From a virus (Duplodnaviria > Heunggongvirae > Uroviricota > Caudoviricetes), in IMG/VR virus record IMGVR_UViG_2563366928_000010: a stretch of DNA of 21,036 bases. One strand, 5' to 3'. Made by a program: the position numbers and the translations under genes. This document shows positions 15,610-21,036 of the stretch, piece by piece (within the stretch, counting starts at the first letter, position 1; each line of letters starts with the position of its first letter). The notes under the pieces were generated by a model. That model ran no database searches. It was not told where the DNA came from and saw nothing but the letters and a program-made list of their open reading frames with translations.

Positions 15610-16433
15610 AAAAATTACTTTTTGCTTTAGCCCTTGTTCTGCCGACCATTGGCCTTGTCGGTTGCGATCGCGTTGAGCCTGGTAATGTGGGCATCAAAGT
15701 AAACAAACTGGGCGACGATAAAGGCGTCGGTGAAGTGGTCGGTGTTGGGCGCTACTGGACGGGATGGAACACTGAGGTTTACATCTTCCCGACCTTTAAG
15801 CAGATGAAGACCTACGATGATCCATTCAGTTTCCAGATGAGTGACGGTACAACCATCGGCTATCACATCGGCGTGGCCTACAAAGTTGATCCATCCAAAG
15901 TTACCACAGTCTTTCAGACCTACCGCAAAGGCGTGGACGACATTACCGACACCGACCTGCGCCAGAAGATAGCCGACGCACTCAACCGACTGGCCAGCAA
16001 AATGACCACCGACAAATTTATCGACGGCGGCAAGTCTGAGCTGCTGGATGCAGCTCTTAAAGACATTCAGGAAGAAATGACGCCCATCGGTATTCAGGTA
16101 ATGAGCCTCTCATATGTGGGTAAGCCGGAGTACCCGCCTACTGTTATCGACAGCATTAATGCCAAAGTCACGGCGAACCAGAAAACCCTGCAACGCGAGC
16201 AGGAAGTAAAACAGCGCGAAGCGGAAGCCAACATGTTGCGCGCGGAAGCTGCCGGACAGGCAGATGTGATTCGCACAAAAGCCCAGGCCGAAGCCGATGC
16301 TATTCGTTTACGCGGTGAAGCTCTGCGCCAGAACCCCGGTGTTATGGAGCTGGAAGCCATCAACAAGTGGAACGGTACACTGCCGCAATACATGACCAGC
16401 GGTGCCAACACACCATTTATTCAGGTTAAGTAA
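15606..16433 (+). CDS. SPFH/Band-7 (HflK/C, stomatin-like) domain lipoprotein, 275 aa
   Basis: AAGGA SD; lipoprotein signal MKKLLFALALVLPTIGLVGC with Asp at +2; SPFH core and Ala/Glu/Arg-rich coiled-coil tail QREQEVKQREAEANMLRAEAAGQADVIRTKAQAEADAIRLRGEAL. Confidence 0.8.
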   Translation: MKKLLFALALVLPTIGLVGCDRVEPGNVGIKVNKLGDDKGVGEVVGVGRYWTGWNTEVYIFPTFKQMKTYDDPFSFQMSDGTTIGYHIGVAYKVDPSKVTTVFQTYRKGVDDITDTDLRQKIADALNRLASKMTTDKFIDGGKSELLDAALKDIQEEMTPIGIQVMSLSYVGKPEYPPTVIDSINAKVTANQKTLQREQEVKQREAEANMLRAEAAGQADVIRTKAQAEADAIRLRGEALRQNPGVMELEAINKWNGTLPQYMTSGANTPFIQVK

Positions 16434-16476
16434 TACATATGCCCGGTATTACACGCCGGGCTGTCTGGAGATAAAA

Positions 16477-17226
16477 ATGAATATTGTAACCATCAACAAC
16501 AAACAGTTTCCGGTAATCGAATATCGCGGTCAGCGTGTTGTGACATTTGCAATAATTGATGACGTCCACCAGCGCCCGGAAGGTACCGCCCGTGCTGCGT
16601 TTAACCGCAACCGTTCTCACTTTATCGAAGGGGTGGATTTTCTTGAAATGACTGCGGACGTAATACGTACGGAGTCACTTTCTGATGCCTTTGCCGCGCG
16701 AACTGCCAAAGGGATCATTCTTTTCGAGTCTGGTTACCTGATGTTGACGAAGCCTTTTAACGATGCTCTTGCATGGCAGGTTCAGCGCGAACTGGTTAAC
16801 AGCTATTTCCGAACTCACGCGCCGCTGACGGAAATGGAGATGATCGCTGCAATGGCCGCCGATGCCGTTCGCCAGCAGAAGCGCCTGAGTCATGTTGAAG
16901 AGAAGATCGAAACGGTCACCAAAGCTGTGGAGAACATCAAACGCGGCACAATGCGCACCGGATATGTCGGTTACCGCCAGGTGGTAGCCAAAAGCGGAAT
17001 GAGTGACGCCAAGTGTCGGAATCTGGTCAACGCCTACCACATCCCTACCGACACGCACGAATTTATGACTCCGGACGGTCTGTTGTCTCGCAGGGCTGTC
17101 GTCGAGCTTGAGACATTTATGGCGGCGTTCCACCAAATGATGTCAGAGGCTGAACCACGCGGCACACGCTGGTATCACCCGAAGATGGGGCTTTTCCAGG
17201 TAATCGGATGGGAGGATAAAGCATGA
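16477..17226 (+). CDS. ORF6N-domain-like protein (putative antirepressor/DNA-binding regulator), 249 aa
   Basis: GGAGAT SD + ATG 16477; N-terminus PVIEYRGQRVVTF...NRNRSHFIEGVDFLEMT...LFESGYLMLTKPFNDALAWQVQRELVNSYFR resembles recalled ORF6N consensus. Confidence 0.6.
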   Translation: MNIVTINNKQFPVIEYRGQRVVTFAIIDDVHQRPEGTARAAFNRNRSHFIEGVDFLEMTADVIRTESLSDAFAARTAKGIILFESGYLMLTKPFNDALAWQVQRELVNSYFRTHAPLTEMEMIAAMAADAVRQQKRLSHVEEKIETVTKAVENIKRGTMRTGYVGYRQVVAKSGMSDAKCRNLVNAYHIPTDTHEFMTPDGLLSRRAVVELETFMAAFHQMMSEAEPRGTRWYHPKMGLFQVIGWEDKA

Positions 17227-17792
17227 TCATCCAGTCAAAACTTATTCGCGCCGCTCTGGTGTGCGCTGCTAAAAACGACGTTCGTTATTACCTGAACGGT
17301 CTTCACATCACGCCAAAACATATTGAGGCAACCAATGGTTTCGTAGCACTGCGCATGACTCACGGCATCCGGACGAAGAAAAACATCATTGTCCAGTTCG
17401 AAGGTGGCGTCCCGGCCAAAGCCGAAACGACAGAGCTGATTTTAAGTAAAGAGCCGATCGCTGTTCATCGCGACCAGTTTCAGCGCCGGCTGTCCATTAC
17501 CGGCATTAAATTAGTGGACGGTTGTTTTCCGGATTTGGAACGCATCATTTCGAAAAAATTTGACCTCTGTACACACCCGGTGATCCAGGCGGGTTACCTG
17601 AGTTATCCAGAGAAGATGTTTGGTCGTGAGCGTAAATTTATTCCCGTCCAGTTACGTCCCTCCGGTGACGGGCAAGCGGTCAGAATTCAGTTTGATTCCA
17701 TCATCAACTCAATGTATGGCAATCCTGAATTTGTTGTGATGCCTTGTCGTGATCATGGCGATTTCAACGTGGCTCAGGAGCATCCGGAATGA
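17223..17792 (+). CDS. Truncated DNA polymerase III beta sliding-clamp (DnaN)-like protein, 189 aa
   Basis: Strong SD GGAGGA 6 nt upstream; DVRYYLNGLHI...ATNGFVALRM, KLVDGCFPD and C-terminal FVVMPCR align to recalled E. coli DnaN (DVRYYLNGMLFE...ATDGHRLAV, KLVDGRFPDY, YVVMPMRL). Confidence 0.7.
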   Translation: MIIQSKLIRAALVCAAKNDVRYYLNGLHITPKHIEATNGFVALRMTHGIRTKKNIIVQFEGGVPAKAETTELILSKEPIAVHRDQFQRRLSITGIKLVDGCFPDLERIISKKFDLCTHPVIQAGYLSYPEKMFGRERKFIPVQLRPSGDGQAVRIQFDSIINSMYGNPEFVVMPCRDHGDFNVAQEHPE

Positions 17793-18022
17793 AAATCGAA
17801 TACCAGGACTACGGAGCCGTAGCGAACATCGTGATCACCTGCACCGTGTTCGAATTTCGTAAACATAACCGGGTGGTGGATGCTGCATTGCTTTGCACGC
17901 CGGACGTTATTGCAACTCACAGTGGTGTGTTTTTCATGAAGTCGGTTTTATCCGGTAAAACCCGCGATATGTTGCGGGCATATAAAACAGCACAGGGAGA
18001 GGTCGGGCGTGAGCGAGATTGA
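17789..18022 (+). CDS. Hypothetical protein (77 aa)
   Basis: ATGA overlap with upstream stop; no family recognised. Confidence 0.5.
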   Translation: MKIEYQDYGAVANIVITCTVFEFRKHNRVVDAALLCTPDVIATHSGVFFMKSVLSGKTRDMLRAYKTAQGEVGRERD

Positions 18023-18374
18023 TTATCAGGCACTGCGTGAGGCAGCAGTAGCAATTGAAACAGTGGCAACGCCTCAAAAATTGCAGGCGTTTCGGATGAA
18101 GGTCACACCGTCGGTGGTACTGGCGCTGCTGGATGAAATTAAGCGCCTGGAGGACACAAATATTGATGCTATGTGCCGAATTGCAGAACTGGAAGCGAGG
18201 GAAGTCGAGTTACCGGACGGCTACGAACCCCGTATGGGCCACCCAATAAATAGCGGTGAGCGGGTGGTAATGATGCCGCACCACTTTGGTGGATGGCTGG
18301 ACCGCTTCGACGTCGAGCACGCATTGCAGGCAGCGGGGATCAAATTCAAAACAGCGGGGGTTGAGTACGAATGA
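18009..18374 (+). CDS. Ead/Ea22-like early protein (121 aa), GTG start
   Basis: N-terminus MSEIDYQALREAAVAIE resembles recalled lambdoid Ea22/Ead N-termini (MSEINSQALREAAE...); GGGAGAGG SD. Confidence 0.5.
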   Translation: MSEIDYQALREAAVAIETVATPQKLQAFRMKVTPSVVLALLDEIKRLEDTNIDAMCRIAELEAREVELPDGYEPRMGHPINSGERVVMMPHHFGGWLDRFDVEHALQAAGIKFKTAGVEYE

Positions 18375-18604
18375 TTGAGGGTATTAGCAATAAATCGTTG
18401 AACACAGCATGTGTCGACGGTGGGTTGTTGTACAAAGTGACGTTTACGCAAATCGACAACGAAGATAACGCATTCACTGTGATTTACACGTCGCCAGCGA
18501 TGGCGCAGAAGTGGGTGGATCTGCACAGGCTATGTGGTTTTCGTGTTGAGTGGGGGTGTTATGAGATGCGATGCAGATGGCATCATCGGGGGGATGAAAA
18601 ATGA
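18371..18604 (+). CDS. Hypothetical protein (77 aa)
   Basis: ATGA overlap with upstream stop; Cys/His/Trp-rich C-terminus. Confidence 0.5.
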   Translation: MIEGISNKSLNTACVDGGLLYKVTFTQIDNEDNAFTVIYTSPAMAQKWVDLHRLCGFRVEWGCYEMRCRWHHRGDEK

Positions 18605-18978
18605 GCACTACGCTTGAGCAATGGCTGGAACAGCAGCACGGCAAAATTGATGTTGATTGCGGCTGTGTGAGCACTGAAACGCTTATGCACTGGATGCGTG
18701 TGGCGTATGAGGCTGGCAACTCTCCGGTAACTCCGGATAGTTGGATAAGCTGTAGTGAGCGAATGCCAGAAATGGGAGAGCGACAATGCTATGTGTTAGC
18801 TGCTGACTTTAAAAACAACTACCTACCAAGCATCCCCAACACTCAGGTCGGCGTATATGGCGACTGGTTTAATGATGGCAAGCCCACTTGGGATGACGGT
18901 GGTGGCGAAGACCTGTATCTCAAGGAGGTAACCCACTGGATGCCGCTGCCAGAACCGCCGCAGGAGGTGAATCAATGA
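18601..18978 (+). CDS. DUF551-like phage protein (125 aa)
   Basis: ATGA overlap; motifs WISCSERMPE and EVTHWMPLPEPP typical of DUF551 as recalled. Confidence 0.6.
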   Translation: MSTTLEQWLEQQHGKIDVDCGCVSTETLMHWMRVAYEAGNSPVTPDSWISCSERMPEMGERQCYVLAADFKNNYLPSIPNTQVGVYGDWFNDGKPTWDDGGGEDLYLKEVTHWMPLPEPPQEVNQ

Positions 18979-19058
18979 GCTGGCGTGATGCAATCGTAAC
19001 TCTGGGGGTGGTATTCGCAGCAGCGTTTGTTGTGTTCTCGATTTGTCGATGGGGATAA
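18975..19058 (+). CDS. Candidate 27 aa hydrophobic micropeptide
   Basis: Strong SD AGGAGGTGA 18962-18970, ATG 18975 overlapping upstream stop (ATGA); MSWRDAIVTLGVVFAAAFVVFSICRWG; below the ORF-track length cutoff. Confidence 0.35.
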   Translation: MSWRDAIVTLGVVFAAAFVVFSICRWG

Positions 19059-19062
19059 CCAC

Positions 19063-19305
19063 ATGTTCGCTTTGATTCAACGCGGGCAGATATACACCGA
19101 TAGTGCTGGCTACCCGGTAAAAATTACTCGCAGTACTGTTCACTCGGTATTCTTTCGGAGGATGGACGGGCGCTCCGGGCGGGTACGCATCACTGAGTTC
19201 AACAGCCTGTTCGAACATATTGACCACCAGGAGTACCGCAAAATTCTGGCAGAAACAGAGCAGGAAGCTCATCTGAAAAAATTACGAGCCATGAAAAGGA
19301 AGTAA
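19063..19305 (+). CDS. Hypothetical phage protein (80 aa), DUF4222-like
   Basis: Internal ATG of ORF 19027..19305; MFALIQRGQIYTDSAGYPVKITR...; position next to the xis/int module. Confidence 0.45.
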   Translation: MFALIQRGQIYTDSAGYPVKITRSTVHSVFFRRMDGRSGRVRITEFNSLFEHIDHQEYRKILAETEQEAHLKKLRAMKRK

Positions 19306-19308
19306 AGA

Positions 19309-19443
19309 ATGAATAAAGCATTTGAACGATGGGTCCACCAGCGTTACGGCAATCGCTATGATCTGACGCGAGATGTTGACGGTTTCTACTGTCGTGAAGT
19401 TGTGAAGCGAATGTTTGAAATGTGGTGCCACTGCCGTGGATGA
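19309..19443 (+). CDS. Candidate 44 aa Cys-containing small protein
   Basis: ATG 19309 with AAGGAAG upstream; MNKAFERWVHQRYGNRYDLTRDVDGFYCREVVKRMFEMWCHCRG; below ORF-track cutoff. Confidence 0.3.
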   Translation: MNKAFERWVHQRYGNRYDLTRDVDGFYCREVVKRMFEMWCHCRG

Positions 19444-19461
19444 AAGTTTTATGAGGTTGGC

Positions 19462-19716
19462 ATGCAGACAATCATCTATCAGATAACCCCCAGCAAATGG
19501 TGTACGGAGAGAGTCCTTATTGCATCAACAGGGCTAAAGCCCGGCACCATCGAGCGGGCCAGGAGAAAGTCATGGATGCAGGGAAAAGAATACCGCCATT
19601 ACGCTGTAGAAGGTGATCCTGGGCATTACAGTGAATGCCTGTACAACATCGAAGAAATTATGCGATGGATCGAAAACCAGAAACAACCAGGTGCCAAAAA
19701 TGCAAGTTCCGGTTAA
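19462..19716 (+). CDS. Excisionase-like protein (84 aa)
   Basis: Small basic protein immediately upstream of and co-oriented with the integrase; GAGGT SD. Confidence 0.5.
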   Translation: MQTIIYQITPSKWCTERVLIASTGLKPGTIERARRKSWMQGKEYRHYAVEGDPGHYSECLYNIEEIMRWIENQKQPGAKNASSG

Positions 19717-19749
19717 CCTGTTAATGCTCCTGGACGTCTGGGAGGTTTA

Positions 19750-21036
19750 ATGAGTAACGTATCATACCCGACAGGCGTTGAAAACCATGGAGGATCACTC
19801 CGTATATGGTTTCACTATAATGGCAAACGTGTCAGAGAAAACCTCGGTGTTCCTGACACCGCCAAAAACCGGAAGATCGCAGGTGAACTTCGCACTTCCG
19901 TTTGTTTTGCAATCAGAATGGGGAGTTTCGACTACGCCACACAGTTCCCTAATTCCCCTAACCTGAAACACTTTGGTCTGGGAAAAAGAGAGATAACCGT
20001 TAAGGCACTTTCGGAAAAATGGTTGGACCTTAAGAAAATTGAGATTTGTGCGAATGCACTTAATCGTTACCAGTCAGTAATTAAAAACATGTTGCCTATG
20101 TTGGGTGAGAAAAAACTGGTTTCATCCATAACAAAAGAGGATTTACTTTTCGCAAGGAGAGATTTGTTGACCGGTTACCAAAAGCTTTCTAATGGAAAGA
20201 TTTCTTCCATAAAAGGGCGCTCAGTGGTCACAGTAAACTACTATATGACAACCATAGCTGGAATGTTTCAATTTGCAACAGATAATGGTTATACCTCAGG
20301 AAACCCATTTAACGGTCTGGCACCCTTAAAAAAGTCCAAGGTAAAACCAGATCCTCTCACCCGTGACGAATTTATTCGTTTTATTGAGGCTTGCCGTCAT
20401 CAACAAACAAAAAACCTGTGGATTCTCGCTGTATACACGGGTATTCGTCACGGGGAGCTGGTATCGCTGGCATGGGAAGATATAGATCTTAAAGCAAGGA
20501 CTATAACCATCCGTAGGAATTATACAAAACTTGGCGAATTCACTCCACCAAAAACCGATGCTGGCACCGGAAGGACAATTCATCTGGTTCAACCAGCTAT
20601 TGATGCTCTTAAAAGTCAGGCGGAAATGACCATGCTTGGAAAGCAACATTCTGTAGAGGTAAAGCAGAGGGAATATGGGAGAAGTACTGTGCATAAATGC
20701 ACTTTTGTTTTTAGTCCTCAGGTAATAAAACAGCGGCAGTTTTCCGGACCGCACTATAAGGTTGACTCCATCAGGGAGTCATGGACAAGTATCTTAAAAC
20801 GCGCAGGTCTGAGACACAGAAAATCGTACCAATCCAGGCATACTTATGCATGCTGGTCACTTGCCGCTGGAGCTAATCCTAGTTTTATCGCAAGCCAGAT
20901 GGGCCACACAAACGCACAAATGGTATTCAATGTTTACGGAGCATGGATGAAAGACAACAATCACGAACAGATAGAACTCCTTAACAAAAGACTATCTGAA
21001 AGTGTCCCATGTATGCCCCATAAGAAAGTGGGGTAA
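19750..21036 (+). CDS. int: Phage tyrosine integrase (site-specific recombinase), complete
   Basis: GGGAGG SD; N-terminal arm-binding-like YPTGVENHGGSLRIWFHYNGKRVRE; catalytic region RHTYACWSLAAGANPSFIASQMGHTNAQMVFNVYGAW (R..H...Y); stop at window end. Confidence 0.9.
   Translation: MSNVSYPTGVENHGGSLRIWFHYNGKRVRENLGVPDTAKNRKIAGELRTSVCFAIRMGSFDYATQFPNSPNLKHFGLGKREITVKALSEKWLDLKKIEICANALNRYQSVIKNMLPMLGEKKLVSSITKEDLLFARRDLLTGYQKLSNGKISSIKGRSVVTVNYYMTTIAGMFQFATDNGYTSGNPFNGLAPLKKSKVKPDPLTRDEFIRFIEACRHQQTKNLWILAVYTGIRHGELVSLAWEDIDLKARTITIRRNYTKLGEFTPPKTDAGTGRTIHLVQPAIDALKSQAEMTMLGKQHSVEVKQREYGRSTVHKCTFVFSPQVIKQRQFSGPHYKVDSIRESWTSILKRAGLRHRKSYQSRHTYACWSLAAGANPSFIASQMGHTNAQMVFNVYGAWMKDNNHEQIELLNKRLSESVPCMPHKKVG

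Noticed and set aside
16434-16476. Hairpin GCCCGG-tattacacg-CCGGGC between the SPFH and ORF6N genes as a terminator
   Set aside because: No U-run follows it, and it lies just before a well-formed SD/ATG; more likely mRNA structure within a polycistronic message.
1-21036. CRISPR array, rRNA, integron or conjugative elements
   Set aside because: No regularly spaced direct repeats of CRISPR type, no rRNA-like sequence, no attC/attI or relaxase-like ORFs seen.

Overview
The whole 21 kb window reads as one lambdoid prophage of enterobacterial (E. coli/Shigella-like) type, running from the start of the lysis cassette to the integrase. Late-direction genes are on the minus strand. From left to right: the N-terminal part of a phage 21/933W-type class II holin (runs off the window start), two small ORFs, a large NanS-p-like sialate O-acetylesterase gene that appears frameshifted near codon 30, a lipoprotein with a clear TolA C-terminal-domain-like region, two tRNA genes (Arg-UCG and Ile2/Met-CAU), a DNA methyltransferase C-terminal remnant abutting a complete IS1 (768 bp, 8 bp target duplication), an NmpC/Lc-type porin convergent with the late operon, the Q antiterminator, an unknown 285 aa protein, a Zn-ribbon/Toprim primase, an SF2 DEAH helicase, a free-standing HNH endonuclease, two overlapping small ORFs at the cro/cII position, and a divergent CI-like repressor (HTH + S24 peptidase) flanked by a repeated GTATCA-containing motif. 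The plus strand beyond the repressor carries a tightly packed early-left accessory region of mostly unknown small genes ending in an excisionase-like gene and a complete tyrosine integrase. No stx genes, CRISPR array or rRNA are present. The most interesting candidates for undescribed function are the TolA-domain-III-like lipoprotein in the moron position, the 2-TM peptide plus periplasmic SPFH lipoprotein pair, and a roughly half-length DnaN (beta sliding clamp) homolog. All family assignments are from motif recognition by eye and recollection of family consensus sequences; no database search was run.
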